Source: Candidatus Hydrogenedentota bacterium (GTDB taxonomy: Bacteria; Hydrogenedentota; Hydrogenedentia; Hydrogenedentales; SLHB01). From it: a DNA stretch of 64,000 nucleotides. Made by a program: the position numbers and the translations under genes. Under the pieces are notes generated by a model that saw only the letters and a list, made by a program, of their open reading frames with translations, made no database searches and was not told where the DNA came from. Below, in pieces: positions 20,145 to 30,734 of the stretch; within the stretch, counting starts at the first letter, position 1, and each line of letters opens with the position of its first letter. The stretch covers positions 8,101 through 72,100 of the forward strand of contig JARKSN010000030.1 in assembly GCA_029974275.1 (NCBI GenBank), given 5' to 3'.

Positions 20145-20896
20145 GACACCTCCCGATTATCGTCAGGGTTGTCCAGATCGCGCTGCAAAAGCTTCTTTGT
20201 CTCGCCGTTGCGGGCGCGGGCTCGTTGCTTTTCTTCATGTCCGCCAGCGAAATCTTCCGTTACGCCTCGGCCTACCTCCCCCACTTTGACAATATCGTGC
20301 TTCAGACCGCCTTGCGGTACGTCGCCGGAGCGGCGATAGTCACGCTGGCCTTATTCGCGGCGCTCCCGGCATGGAAGCGCAGACGGTCCAACACCATCTC
20401 GTTTCCCGGCGCACACGGCCCGATCGTGATCCAATTGGATAGCGTCGAAGCGTCGCTCAACCGCACCTTGCGGGGGCGTCCCGAGGTGCGCAAGATCAAT
20501 GTGCGCGTGCAGCCCGTTAACGACAATCGGCAGGTTCGCATCACGGCGGGCGTTCAGTGCTACACGACGCAGGCGGGCATTCGCGAAACCTCCGATCGCA
20601 TCGGCGAAATCATCAAACGCACCGCCGTGAACCTGCTCGGCGTCGAAGAAGTCACAACCGTCGAGCTCAAGATCAATGGCATTTTTGCGGGGGGGGCCGC
20701 CAGCGACACCATTACCGTCACGAACGCCGCTCCGGCGGCCGCAGCGGCCACAGCGCCGCTACCGCGAACTTCCACGGCGTTTGACGCGTCCGATCCTATC
20801 CGCTATGTCGAACCCGATGACACCGGTGCGACTTCGGGGCCTGGCAGCATCCTCCAGTTCGACGATGACGAGGACGATCCCCGCAAGAACGCGTAG
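20141..20896 (+). CDS. AmaP-like membrane anchor (two TM helices plus Asp23-like domain)
   Basis: Two N-terminal TM helices; G.IVI..DSVE; adjacent to the asp23 gene; acidic tail. Confidence 0.65.
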   Translation: MRHLPIIVRVVQIALQKLLCLAVAGAGSLLFFMSASEIFRYASAYLPHFDNIVLQTALRYVAGAAIVTLALFAALPAWKRRRSNTISFPGAHGPIVIQLDSVEASLNRTLRGRPEVRKINVRVQPVNDNRQVRITAGVQCYTTQAGIRETSDRIGEIIKRTAVNLLGVEEVTTVELKINGIFAGGAASDTITVTNAAPAAAAATAPLPRTSTAFDASDPIRYVEPDDTGATSGPGSILQFDDDEDDPRKNA

Positions 20897-21078
20897 GCGC
20901 TTGGACATCCTTCGCACGATGCACTCTTGTCCCTCAGGACGGGTGTATTTCTGGGCTCCCTCCTGCGCAGTATCCGCTTTACTCCGCCGTATGACCGCTG
21001 GTGGAAGCGCCGTTTTTCTGCTATGATTTCCAGGTTTCTATTGGGAGATGGGGCATTTTACGCGAAAGGGATAGTCGC

Positions 21079-22746
21079 ATGGGACGCAAATACGTTATCG
21101 GGTTGGACTATGGGACGGAATCGGGTCGCGCCATTTTGGTGGCGGTGGACAATGGCGAGGAAATCGCGACGGCGGTGCAGCCGTATCCGGATTGCGTGAT
21201 CGACGACGTGTTGCCGGGCACGGGCAAGAAGCTCGGGCCGGATTGGGCGCTGCAGAACCCGCGCAACTACATCTATGTCATTGAACAGACCATCCCGAAG
21301 GTGCTTGCGTCGAGTGGCGTGAAGGGCGAGGACGTCATCGGTATCGGCACGGACTTCACCTCGTGCACGATGTTGCCGACGGACAAAGATGGCACGCCGT
21401 TGTGCATGAAGCCGGAGTTCGCGGATAACCCGCACGCGTGGGTGAAGTTGTGGAAACACCACGCCGCGCAACCGGAAGCGGACAAGATCAACGAGATCGC
21501 GCGGCAACGCAACGAACCGTGGCTCGCGCGCTACGGCGGCAAGATTTCGAGCGAATGGTTCTTCCCGAAGGCGTTGCAAATTCTCGATGAGGCGCCCGAA
21601 GTCTATGCGGCGGCGGACCGCCTTATCGAGGCGGGCGACTGGATCGTGTGGTACCTGTGCGGCGAGGAAAAGCGCAACGCCTGCGCGGCGGGCTACAAGG
21701 CCATCTGGGACGAAGGCTATCCCTCCAACGATTTCTTCAAGGCGCTTGACCCGCGCTTTGAGCACGTCATCGACGAAAAGATGAGCCGCGACATTTACCC
21801 GAACGGCGTTCGCGCGGGCGGCCTGCGCAAGGAAGTCGCGGAGAAGGTTGGCCTTGTGCCGGGTACGGCGGTGGCCACCGGCGCGGTCGATGCGCACGTG
21901 GCCGTGCCCGCGTGTGCCGTCAGCGATGAGGGCAAACTCGTCATGATCATGGGCACCAGCCTGTGCCACATGGTCTGCGGCACCGAGAAGACCTCGATCG
22001 CCGGTCTGTGCGGCGTCGTGAAGGACGGCATCCTGCCGGGGTACTACGGCTACGAGGCCGGTCAATCCGCGGTCGGCGATATCTTCGCGTGGTTCGTCGA
22101 GAACTGCGTGCCCGCGTCCATCGCGACCGATGCCGCAAAGCAAGGCATGGACATCCACGGCTACCTCGGCAAACAGGCCGAACAACTCAAGGTCGGCGAG
22201 TCGGGCGTGCTCTGTCTCGACTGGTGGAACGGCAACCGCAGCATCCTCGTCGATACGGACTTGACCGGGTTGATGGTCGGCATGACCCTCGCCACGACGC
22301 CCGCCGAGATGTACCGCGCCGTGCTCGAATGCACCGCCTTTGGCACGAACAAGATCATCAAGCAACTCGACGAAGGCGGCTGCCAGATCAAAGAGCTGTA
22401 TGCCTGCGGCGGCCTGCCCGGCAAGAACCCACTGCTGATGCAGATATATGCCGATGTGACGGGACGCGACATCAAGATCAGCGCCAGCGACCAGACCGTC
22501 GCCCTCGGCGGCGCGATGTGGGGCGCGGTGGCGGCAGGCGCGAAGGCCGGCGGGTACGACACCATCCACGACGCTGCGCAAAAGATGGCCCGCCTGCGCG
22601 ACACCGTCTACCGTCCCAACCCCGAGAACCACAAGGCGTACCAAGCGCTCTTCGCCGAGTACGAGCGCCTCCACGACCTCTTCGGACGCGGCGGCGACAA
22701 CGTCATGCGCACCTTGAAAGCCATGCGCCGCGCCGCCCACGGATAG
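21079..22746 (+). CDS. araB: Ribulokinase (FGGY family)
   Basis: [14 protein letters not shown]; [10 protein letters not shown]; YGGKISSEW; [13 protein letters not shown]; LDWWNGNRS. Confidence 0.95.
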   Translation: MGRKYVIGLDYGTESGRAILVAVDNGEEIATAVQPYPDCVIDDVLPGTGKKLGPDWALQNPRNYIYVIEQTIPKVLASSGVKGEDVIGIGTDFTSCTMLPTDKDGTPLCMKPEFADNPHAWVKLWKHHAAQPEADKINEIARQRNEPWLARYGGKISSEWFFPKALQILDEAPEVYAAADRLIEAGDWIVWYLCGEEKRNACAAGYKAIWDEGYPSNDFFKALDPRFEHVIDEKMSRDIYPNGVRAGGLRKEVAEKVGLVPGTAVATGAVDAHVAVPACAVSDEGKLVMIMGTSLCHMVCGTEKTSIAGLCGVVKDGILPGYYGYEAGQSAVGDIFAWFVENCVPASIATDAAKQGMDIHGYLGKQAEQLKVGESGVLCLDWWNGNRSILVDTDLTGLMVGMTLATTPAEMYRAVLECTAFGTNKIIKQLDEGGCQIKELYACGGLPGKNPLLMQIYADVTGRDIKISASDQTVALGGAMWGAVAAGAKAGGYDTIHDAAQKMARLRDTVYRPNPENHKAYQALFAEYERLHDLFGRGGDNVMRTLKAMRRAAHG

Positions 22747-22765
22747 TAAGGACAAAGACCGAAGC

Positions 22766-22833
22766 CCGCCCGGCACAGAGACCGGGCGCTACAGGATTTT
22801 GTATTCGTAGCGTCCGGTCTCCGTGCCGGGCGG
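22766..22833. repeat. Inverted doublet of a GTAG-type REP-like 27-mer; possible terminator of araB
   Basis: 22766-22792 and 22807-22833 are reverse complements with 2 mismatches (GTAGCG[C/T]CCGGTCTC[T/C]GTGCCGGGCGG); followed by TTTTT. Confidence 0.7.
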
Positions 22834-22938
22834 TTTTTGTTGTGCGTCGCGGCAAGAAATCGCAATGGGACGGCTTCCTGCATTACAATTGCTTTTCGCC
22901 GATCACAGGAAAACCGCGCTGGGTGTTGTCGGATTTTC

Positions 22939-23075
22939 AACGCAGAGGCGCGGAGTTCGCAGAGGAAAGAAGAACAGGAATTAACGCAACGGCACAAAGG
23001 AACGAAGACGCAAAGAAAATCGAAATTCTTCCCCCTTTGTGTTCCTCTGTGTCCTTTGTGTCTTTGTGGTGAATC
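22939..23075. repeat. Intergenic purine/pyrimidine-skewed repeat element, copy 1
   Basis: AACGCAGAGGCGCGGAG...CACAAAG... then CCTTTGTGTTCCTCTGTGTCCTTTGTGTCTTTGTGGTGAATC. Confidence 0.75.
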
Positions 23076-23098
23076 TAAAATTTTAGGGGATCATTACT

Positions 23099-24157
23099 AT
23101 GCGCAAGGAATCGCTGGAGTTTTTGAAAAAGTTGGTCACGACGCCAAGCCCTTCGGGGTGTGAAGAGCGGGTGCAGGCGTTGTGCCGGGAGTATGTCGCG
23201 GAACATGTGGATGATGTGTACAAGGACGTGCATGGCAATCAGTATGCCGTGCGGAATCCGAAGGGAAAGTTGCGCGTCATGCTGGCGGGGCATGTCGATG
23301 AGATCGCGTTGATGGTGAATCATATTGACGATCGCGGGTTCATCGGGTTCGTGCCGGTGGGCGGGATCGATGCGGCGGTGCTCGAAGGCCAGCGAGTCGT
23401 CGCACACGGCGCGAAGGGCGATGTGCCGGGCGTCATCGGGCGGCGGGCGATCCATCTCACCGAGCAGGAAGACCGCAACAAGTGTTCGAAGATGCATCAG
23501 ATGTGGATCGACATCGGCGCGAAGGACAAGAAGGACGCGCAGAAGGCGGTCGCGGTGGGCGATCCGATCACCATCGACGTGGGCTATGCGGCGTTGCGCG
23601 GCGATCGCGTCGTGGCGCGGGCCTTTGACGATCGCATCGGCGCGTTTGTGTGCCTGGAAGCGATGCGGGCAATCGCGAAGCGCAAGGTGAACTGCGCGGT
23701 GTTTTGCGTCACGACGGTGCAGGAGGAGATCGGCCTGCGTGGCGCGACGACGAGCAGTTACGGCTGCAATCCGCACGCAGGCATCGCGGTGGACGTGTCG
23801 CATGCGACGGATCATCCGCATGTCGATGGCCCGCGATACGGCGCCACGAAGCTTGATGCGGGGCCGATTCTCGCGCGCGGGCCGAACATCAACCCAGCGC
23901 TTGGCAGGATGCTCGTGGACACGGCAACGAAGCACAAAATTCCGCACCAGATCACTGCCCAGCCGCGCGCCACGGGCACCGATGCAAACGCGATGCAATT
24001 GAGCCGCAACGGCGTGGCGACGGCGCTTGTCAGCATTCCAATGCGGTACATGCACACGCCGGTCGAGATGATTTCGTTGACGGACGTGGGGCATTGCATC
24101 AAGCTGATCACCGAGTGGGTGTGCTCGTTGAAGGCGGAGGCGTCGTTCATTCCATAG
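23099..24157 (+). CDS. M42 family metallo-aminopeptidase
   Basis: PSPSGCE; AGHVDEI; RAFDDRIG; TVQEEIGLRGA; GTDA; PMRYMHTPVE. Confidence 0.95.
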   Translation: MRKESLEFLKKLVTTPSPSGCEERVQALCREYVAEHVDDVYKDVHGNQYAVRNPKGKLRVMLAGHVDEIALMVNHIDDRGFIGFVPVGGIDAAVLEGQRVVAHGAKGDVPGVIGRRAIHLTEQEDRNKCSKMHQMWIDIGAKDKKDAQKAVAVGDPITIDVGYAALRGDRVVARAFDDRIGAFVCLEAMRAIAKRKVNCAVFCVTTVQEEIGLRGATTSSYGCNPHAGIAVDVSHATDHPHVDGPRYGATKLDAGPILARGPNINPALGRMLVDTATKHKIPHQITAQPRATGTDANAMQLSRNGVATALVSIPMRYMHTPVEMISLTDVGHCIKLITEWVCSLKAEASFIP

Positions 24158-24172
24158 AGGGGGATGGGGACC

Positions 24173-25567
24173 ATGTTCAAGTTTGCGTTGACCGTCACGG
24201 CATTCATAGGAGGAGGGATTTTGGTGGCTAGCGCAGGTTTTGCCCAATCACTGCCGCCGGAGCGGCAGATCACGTCCTCGCCGAAGAATCACATGCTTGA
24301 CAACAACGACAACTTTTCGGCGGACGGGCGTTTCCTCTGCTACGACACGCGCGAAACCGTCGGGCCGGGCATCGACAATAGTCAGACCATCGAGAAGGTC
24401 GAAATCGCGACGGGCAAGGAAACGGTGTTGTATGCGCCGAAGACGCAGGCCGGTGCGCAACCCGCCCCAGGCATCGGCGCGGCGTCGTATTGTCCCGTCG
24501 TGGACAAGGTCGTTTTCATTCACGGGCCGCTGCTGGAACAGGTGGCTGAGCGCGGGCCGTATGCGAAGACCAACCGAACCGGCGTCGAGGTTTCCGCCGA
24601 TGGCAGCCAGGCATTGACGCGGCTTGATGCGCGTGATGTGGACAATACGCGCCTGACCACGCCCGGCGCGCATCGCGGCGGAACGCACCGACACGAGTAT
24701 ACGGCGGACGGCAAACGGATCGGCTTTACGTATGATGATCATTTGCTGCCGAATTATGATCGCACCATCGGCTACATGGAAGCGAATCCGAAAGCGCCTG
24801 CAGGCGTAACGCATTATTTCGCGGCGCTCGTGCCGATTGCGCCGAAGGGGACGTCGCGCGCGGGAGAGTTGGAGAAGGCTGCCGGCGATTCGTGGGTGGG
24901 CAGACAAGGTCTGATGCGCGCGTTCATCGGCAAGGTGCGCTGCGACGACGGAACGACGTATGAGAACTCGCTCTTCGTCGTGGACATTCCCGCGTCGGTC
25001 GACATCACGACGGCGCATTCCGGAGGCTCCGGTCAGTTTCCCGCGCCGCCCGCAGGCGTTCACGTGCGGCGATTGACGCATGCCCACGCCGAAGGCATCG
25101 TGCGGGGGGCTCCATCGGGCGATCGCATTGCGTATCTTGCGGCAGGAGAAGACGGCACGCGGCAGGTCTATGTCATCGCTAGCGACGGATCGGACAAGGA
25201 TGAGAATCCCGCCAAACGCCCCTTCCAGCTTACCGAGTTGCCCAAGGGCGTAACGGGGGATTTGCGGTGGCATCCCTCTGGCAATTCGATCGCATGCATC
25301 AGCAACAACGGCATCGTGACGACCTGCGTCGCGCCGGGCCCCCGGTTTGGGCAATCGGTTTTTCTAACGGCGCAGGGCGATGCGCCGGAGCGCAGTCAAT
25401 TGGTTTGGTCGCCGGATGGCGCCACGCTGGCGTATTGCAAGCCCGCGCCCACGCGCGATGCGAACGGACAGCCTGCAAAGACTTACAATGGGAAGGATTG
25501 TGTGCAGATTTTCACGATCGCTTTTCCCGACGCCAACAAGGACGGCATCGCGGATCTGGCTTCGTGA
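24173..25567 (+). CDS. DUF3748/YidR-like secreted TolB-type beta-propeller protein
   Basis: ERQIT...H.L.N..NFSADG; PGAHRGGTHRHEYTADGKRIGFTYDDH; WHPSG; WSPDG. Confidence 0.8.
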   Translation: MFKFALTVTAFIGGGILVASAGFAQSLPPERQITSSPKNHMLDNNDNFSADGRFLCYDTRETVGPGIDNSQTIEKVEIATGKETVLYAPKTQAGAQPAPGIGAASYCPVVDKVVFIHGPLLEQVAERGPYAKTNRTGVEVSADGSQALTRLDARDVDNTRLTTPGAHRGGTHRHEYTADGKRIGFTYDDHLLPNYDRTIGYMEANPKAPAGVTHYFAALVPIAPKGTSRAGELEKAAGDSWVGRQGLMRAFIGKVRCDDGTTYENSLFVVDIPASVDITTAHSGGSGQFPAPPAGVHVRRLTHAHAEGIVRGAPSGDRIAYLAAGEDGTRQVYVIASDGSDKDENPAKRPFQLTELPKGVTGDLRWHPSGNSIACISNNGIVTTCVAPGPRFGQSVFLTAQGDAPERSQLVWSPDGATLAYCKPAPTRDANGQPAKTYNGKDCVQIFTIAFPDANKDGIADLAS

Positions 25568-25576
25568 TCCGCGCGG

Positions 25577-26722
25577 CTATGCCCCCACCCATCGTTTCCA
25601 CGTTTCCATGAAGCGGCGATGAAGCGGGTAGGCTTGGGCGTCGCCAAGTTCGCGGAATTTTTCGATGAGTTCGCGCTGCTCTCGGGTGAGTTTGCTGGGG
25701 ATTTCGACCTGGACGCGGACGATTTGGTCGCCTTTGTGGTAGCCGCGCACATCGGGAATGCCCATGCCGCGCAGCCGGAATTGCTGGCCAGGCTGCGTGC
25801 CTGCGGGCACCTTCACTTCGGCCTCTCCGGTCAGGGTCGGAACATGAATCGTATCGCCGAGCGCGGCTTGCGTGAAGCTAATCGGCACCTCACAGACAAC
25901 GTCGTTTCCGTCTCGCGTGAAGATATCATCTTGTTTCACTTCAATGTATATATACAGATCTCCGTGCGGCGCGCCCGGATCCCCCGGCTCCCCTTCTCCG
26001 GTCACGCGCAATCGCGATCCGGTGTCGACGCCGGGAGGGATGTCGATGGTGAGATCGCGCGTTACGCGAACGCGTCCGGCCCCGGCGCATGCGGGGCAAG
26101 GCCGGGCGATAATCGATCCGCCTCCCCGGCAGCGCGGACACGTTTGGGTGACGCTGAAAAAGCCCTGTGCGCGCCGTATCTGGCCGCTGCCGTTGCAGTC
26201 GGGGCATGGCTTGGGATCCGTGCCCGGCGCCGCGCCCGTTCCTTTGCAATCGTGGCATGAGTCCATGCGGGAAAGGCGAATTTTTTTCTTGACGCCTGCG
26301 GCGGCCTCGCGCAGGGTGATCGCGACGCGATATTCGAGGTCGCTGCCCGGCCGGCTTTGACGTCTTCTTCCGCCCCCCCCGCCGCCGCGCCCAAATAGGA
26401 CGTCGAAGAAATCCTCGAACGGCGCATCGAATCCCGCGCTGCCGCTCCCCCCGCCGAAACCGAATCCGCCGCCAAAACCGGGGCCGCCGCCCGAGAAGGC
26501 GTCCGCCGTGCCGAATTGGTCATAGCGGGCGCGCTTCTCCGGGTTTTTCAGGACGTCGTACGCTTCGTTGATCTCTTTGAGCTTGTCTTCAGCGGCCTTG
26601 TCGCCTCCCGTTTTGTCGGGATGGTATTTGTGAGCCAGCTTGAGATAAGCCTTCCGGATCTGGTCGGCGGGCGCATCGCGCGGCACGCCGAGCAGTTCAT
26701 AATAGTCTTTGGATTTGGACAT
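25577..26722 (-). CDS. dnaJ: Chaperone DnaJ
   Basis: J domain with HPD; G/F-rich region; four CxxCxGxG motifs. Confidence 0.98.
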   Translation of the reverse strand: MSKSKDYYELLGVPRDAPADQIRKAYLKLAHKYHPDKTGGDKAAEDKLKEINEAYDVLKNPEKRARYDQFGTADAFSGGGPGFGGGFGFGGGSGSAGFDAPFEDFFDVLFGRGGGGGGRRRQSRPGSDLEYRVAITLREAAAGVKKKIRLSRMDSCHDCKGTGAAPGTDPKPCPDCNGSGQIRRAQGFFSVTQTCPRCRGGGSIIARPCPACAGAGRVRVTRDLTIDIPPGVDTGSRLRVTGEGEPGDPGAPHGDLYIYIEVKQDDIFTRDGNDVVCEVPISFTQAALGDTIHVPTLTGEAEVKVPAGTQPGQQFRLRGMGIPDVRGYHKGDQIVRVQVEIPSKLTREQRELIEKFRELGDAQAYPLHRRFMETWKRWVGA

Positions 26723-26783
26723 GGCGCTCATTATAGATAGTTACCGTTATGTCGGCAATATGCCTGATCTCTCATGGTTTGGG

Positions 26784-28724
26784 TTACTTGTCTTTTTGCT
26801 CGTCGTCCACAACGGTGAAATCGGCGTCCATCGTCGAGCCCGAATTGGATCCTGTGTTTGCCGAACCATCATCGCCTGGGGCGGCGCCGCTCGCAGCGCC
26901 GTCGGGGCTTGCTTGAGCTTGCGCGGCCGCGGCGGCGTACATGGCTTCGCCCAGTTTTTGCGCCGCCGCCGCGAGGCCGTTCGTCGCCTGTTCGATAGCC
27001 GTGACGTCTTCGCCTTTGAGGGCATTGCGCAAGGTTTCCGTGGCGGCTTCGATCTTGGCCTTTTCGGACGCGTCCACCTTGTCGCCGTATTCTTTTAACG
27101 ACTTCTCCGTCGAGTACAGCATCGAGTCCGCGTTGTTGCGAACTTCGATGCCCTTGCGCCGCTCGTGGTCTTCTTTCGCATGGGCTTCGGCGTCTTTGAC
27201 CATGCGCTCGACGTCAGCGTCGGACAGGCCGCTTGACGACTCGATGCGGATTTTCTGTTCCTTGCCCGTGGCCAGGTCCTTCGCGGCCACGTGAACGATG
27301 CCGTTGGCGTCGATGTCGAACGCGACCTCGATTTGCGGCACACCGCGCGGGGCGGGCGGGATGCCGATGAGGTCGAAGCGTCCCAGCGTGCGGTTGTCTG
27401 CCGCCATTTCGCGTTCGCCCTGCAGCACGTGAATCGTCACGGCGGTTTGGCCATCGGCGGCCGTCGAGAATATCTGCCGCTTGGTCACGGGAATCGTCGT
27501 GTTGCGTTCGATGAGTTTGGTGCAGATGCCGCCCAGGGTTTCGATGCCGAGGGACAACGGCGTAACGTCGAGCAGGAGCACGTCTTTCACGTCGCCGGAC
27601 AACACGCCCGCCTGGATCGCCGCGCCCACGGCGACGACTTCATCGGGGTTCACGCCGCGGTGCGGCTCTTTGCCGAAGATTGACTTGACGATCTCGCCGA
27701 CTGCCGGCATGCGCGTCATGCCGCCGACGAGAATGACCTCGTCGATGTCGGACGCTTTGACGCTCGCGTCTTCGAGGGCGCGATAGCATGGGCCTTTTGT
27801 CCGCTGCAGCAAATCGTCGCAAAGTTGTTCGAGCTTGGCGCGCGTCAGCGTGTAGTTCATATGTTTCGGGCCCGATGCGTCCGCCGTGATGAACGGCAGG
27901 TTGATGTCGGTCTGCATGGTCGACGACAACTCGCACTTGGCCTTTTCGGCGGCCTCCTTGAGGCGCTGGAGGGCCATCGGGTCCTTGCGCAGGTCGATGC
28001 CTTGGTCCTTGAGGAATTCGTTCGCGAGCCAATCGATGACGCGCTGATCGAAGTCGTCGCCGCCGAGATGCGTGTCGCCGTTCGTGCTCAGCACTTCGAA
28101 GCTATCGTCGCCGATCGCGAGGATCGAGATATCGAAGGTGCCGCCGCCGAGGTCGTACACCGCGACTTTCTCGTTCTTTTTGCGGTCGAGGCCATACGCC
28201 AACGCGGCCGCCGTCGGTTCGTTGATGATGCGCAGGACTTCGAGTCCGGCGATCTTGCCGGCGTCTTTGGTGGCCTGGCGTTGCGAGTCGTTGAAGTACG
28301 CAGGCACGGTGATGACGGCCTGGGTGACGGTCGCGCCCAGATAGGTTTCGGCGGTCTCTTTCATCTTACGCAGAATCATCGCCGACACCTCGGGCGGACG
28401 ATGTTTCTGGCCCTGCACCTCGACCTGGCAATCGCCGGAAGGCGTTGCGGACACTTTGTACGGCACCAGTTTTTCTTCCGAGCCGACTTCCGAGTACTGG
28501 CGGCCCATGAAGCGTTTGATCGAGAAGACCGTGTTCTGCGGATTGGTGATGGCCTGACGCTTGGCCGCCGCGCCGACAAGGCGCTCGCCGTCACGCGTGA
28601 ATGCGACCACCGAAGGCGTGGTCCGGTTGCCTTCCGTGTTGGCGATGACGGTCGGTTCGCCGCCTTCCATGACAGCCACGCACGAATTGGCCGTGCCCAG
28701 GTCAATGCCGATGACTTTACCCAT
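26784..28724 (-). CDS. dnaK: Chaperone DnaK (Hsp70)
   Basis: [18 protein letters not shown]; DLGGGTFD; [13 protein letters not shown]; PQIEV.FDIDANG. Confidence 0.99.
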   Translation of the reverse strand: MGKVIGIDLGTANSCVAVMEGGEPTVIANTEGNRTTPSVVAFTRDGERLVGAAAKRQAITNPQNTVFSIKRFMGRQYSEVGSEEKLVPYKVSATPSGDCQVEVQGQKHRPPEVSAMILRKMKETAETYLGATVTQAVITVPAYFNDSQRQATKDAGKIAGLEVLRIINEPTAAALAYGLDRKKNEKVAVYDLGGGTFDISILAIGDDSFEVLSTNGDTHLGGDDFDQRVIDWLANEFLKDQGIDLRKDPMALQRLKEAAEKAKCELSSTMQTDINLPFITADASGPKHMNYTLTRAKLEQLCDDLLQRTKGPCYRALEDASVKASDIDEVILVGGMTRMPAVGEIVKSIFGKEPHRGVNPDEVVAVGAAIQAGVLSGDVKDVLLLDVTPLSLGIETLGGICTKLIERNTTIPVTKRQIFSTAADGQTAVTIHVLQGEREMAADNRTLGRFDLIGIPPAPRGVPQIEVAFDIDANGIVHVAAKDLATGKEQKIRIESSSGLSDADVERMVKDAEAHAKEDHERRKGIEVRNNADSMLYSTEKSLKEYGDKVDASEKAKIEAATETLRNALKGEDVTAIEQATNGLAAAAQKLGEAMYAAAAAQAQASPDGAASGAAPGDDGSANTGSNSGSTMDADFTVVDDEQKDK

Positions 28725-28782
28725 TGCTGTACAACCTCCTTATTGCTACCGAGGGGCCAATCGCCCCTGGTTCGTCTGTTCG

Positions 28783-29415
28783 TTATTCCGCCGGGCTTGC
28801 CTCGCAGGGCGCGCCCATGTTTACGACTACTTTCGACGCGCGCAACACCTGATCGCCCAGGCGATATCCGCGCTGGAACTCGCGGACGACCGTCATCTCG
28901 GGGACGTCCGCCGAGGACTCTTGCATGACCGCCTCATGATGGTTCGGGTCGAACACTTCGCCCACTGCCGGAATTGGCGTCACGCCGTGCCGCGTCAGCA
29001 CGTCTGTGAACTGCTTCAACACCAGTTCGACGCCCTCGCGCAGGGCCGCCGGTTCGCCCTCAGCATGCTGCAACGCCAACTCCAAATGGTCCACGACGGG
29101 GAGCAAGTCGCGCATAAGCCCCTCGGCGGCCGTCTTGCGAATGCGTTCTTGATCGCGCATCATGCGTTTGCGGAAGTTTTCGAATTCCGCGCGCGCACGC
29201 AGCACCTGATCCTGCAATGCGTCTCGTTCGCGCAACGCTTTTTCGCACGCCGCCGCGATCGCCGTTCCGTCTTCCGGCTCCGTGATCATGTCCACCACGT
29301 CGCCGTCCCGCAGGGCGTCCGATTCCGAATCTTCAATGGACGCGTCCAGGCGCGCCGTTTCCTCCGGAGGCGCCGCCGTCGTATCCGCTTCGTTATCGTG
29401 TTTCTTGTGCTTCAT
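28783..29415 (-). CDS. grpE: Nucleotide exchange factor GrpE
   Basis: RARAEFENFRKR; LLPVVD; FDPNHHEA; QRGYRL...LR. Confidence 0.97.
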   Translation of the reverse strand: MKHKKHDNEADTTAAPPEETARLDASIEDSESDALRDGDVVDMITEPEDGTAIAAACEKALRERDALQDQVLRARAEFENFRKRMMRDQERIRKTAAEGLMRDLLPVVDHLELALQHAEGEPAALREGVELVLKQFTDVLTRHGVTPIPAVGEVFDPNHHEAVMQESSADVPEMTVVREFQRGYRLGDQVLRASKVVVNMGAPCEASPAE

Positions 29416-29446
29416 TCGTTCTCCCACATCTGCCGCGCTGCGCCCA

Positions 29447-30499
29447 TCACCCCGCCAGCCGCGTCAGTAGTCGGCTCAACGCGCCGGCCGTGTAGTCGAC
29501 CAGGGCCGTCAAGCGGGAATAGGGCATGCGGCGCGGTCCGAGCACGCCGACCATTCCAGCGGTCTTGTTGCCGACACAATACGGCGAGGCGACTACGCTT
29601 ATATCCTTGAATTCCAGTTCGTTCGTTTCCGACCCGATCACCACGGTCGCCCGGGGCGGGCCATCTTGCGCGACGAAGCCGCGCAGAATGTGCGCCAGGC
29701 GTTCGCGTTCCTCCAACAGCGTGAACACGCTGCGCGCCTTGGCGACGTCATGAAACTCCGGCTGCTCGAAAAGTTGCGTCGCGCCTTCCAAGAACAACTG
29801 CCCTTGCCGCAACGATGGAAGCAACGAGAACATCTCGACCGCCACGTCCGCAAGACGCCGTTGTTCCGCCGCGAAGGCGTCCAGTTTACGTTGCAAAACG
29901 GCTCGCAACTGGTCTGCCGGCTCTCCCGACAACTGACTGTTCAAAAACCGGTTCAATGCGGCGAAATCGTCGCCGGAAACCGTTCGCTCCAGATTGACCA
30001 GCGTCGTGCGCACCCCTCCGAAATTGTCGGCCACCATGACTGCGAAACGCGTCGCCGCTATCGGCACGACTTCGATCCGGCGCACGAGCGCCTGGCTGTC
30101 GCGCGCCGAGTCGACCAAGCCCGTCTGATGGGACACCAAGGCGAGCAAGTGGCTGGTCTGCCGCATGATGTCGTCGGAATCGTGAAGCCGCTGCGACAAT
30201 TCTCGTTCGATACGGTCGCGCTCCGAGATCGTCAGTTCCTGGATGCGCATCAAATAGTCGACGTAATAACGATATCCTCGATCCGTCGGAACCCGCCCCG
30301 AACTCGTGTGCAATTGTTCGAGATATCCCGCTTCTTCCAAATCGGCCATGGCGTTGCGCACGGTCGCTGGGCTCAAATCCAGGTCAAAGCGCTTCACGAT
30401 GGTTCGCGATCCCACCGCTTCCGCCGTGGTGATATACGTATGCACCACTGCGTGCAGAATCAGTTGTTCGCGTTCGTTGAGTTCGCGGCCTGGGGTCAT
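29447..30499 (-). CDS. hrcA: Heat-inducible transcription repressor HrcA
   Basis: SPATVRNAMADLEE.GYL...HTSSGRVPTDRGYRYYVD; GVLGPRRM.Y. Start chosen downstream of the CIRCE element. Confidence 0.97.
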   Translation of the reverse strand: MTPGRELNEREQLILHAVVHTYITTAEAVGSRTIVKRFDLDLSPATVRNAMADLEEAGYLEQLHTSSGRVPTDRGYRYYVDYLMRIQELTISERDRIERELSQRLHDSDDIMRQTSHLLALVSHQTGLVDSARDSQALVRRIEVVPIAATRFAVMVADNFGGVRTTLVNLERTVSGDDFAALNRFLNSQLSGEPADQLRAVLQRKLDAFAAEQRRLADVAVEMFSLLPSLRQGQLFLEGATQLFEQPEFHDVAKARSVFTLLEERERLAHILRGFVAQDGPPRATVVIGSETNELEFKDISVVASPYCVGNKTAGMVGVLGPRRMPYSRLTALVDYTAGALSRLLTRLAG

Positions 30500-30515
30500 T
30501 GCCATCACTCCAGAA

Positions 30516-30542
30516 TTAGCACTCAACAGATAAGAGTGCTAA
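30516..30542. promoter_or_regulatory. CIRCE element (HrcA operator)
   Basis: Perfect TTAGCACTC-aacagataa-GAGTGCTAA just upstream of hrcA. Confidence 0.98.
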
Positions 30543-30553
30543 CAGCCATTGGG

Positions 30554-30582
30554 AGTCTACCATAACTACAGGGCCGTGTCAA
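30554..30582 (-). promoter_or_regulatory. Sigma70 promoter of hrcA-grpE-dnaK-dnaJ
   Basis: Minus strand TTGACA-N17-TAGACT with extended TGn, directly upstream of CIRCE. Confidence 0.85.
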
Positions 30583-30680
30583 GAAGCACAACGCCACGGC
30601 CTGAGTTAGCGAAAGGGCTCAAGCCTTTGTTGAAACTGGATTTACGCCTGGACGCCTGCGGGGGGATTCTCCGGGGAAAC

Positions 30681-30709
30681 TTGACAGTCCCGTAGAGCCC
30701 TGATACCAT
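30681..30709 (+). promoter_or_regulatory. Divergent sigma70 promoter of the GT4 pair
   Basis: TTGACA-N17-TACCAT with extended TGn. Confidence 0.7.
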
Positions 30710-30734
30710 TCCGGTTCGGTGGGGGACGGGAAGC

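Noticed and set aside
17951-22776. Long antisense ORFs over accBC (615 aa) and araB (572 aa)
   Set aside because: Stop-free reverse frames caused by biased codon usage.
22939-23075. Possible CRISPR array
   Set aside because: Units are short and degenerate, with no unique spacers of regular length and no cas genes.
27825-29610. Plus-strand ORFs antisense to dnaK and grpE
   Set aside because: Known Hsp70 antisense ORF artefact; no independent evidence.
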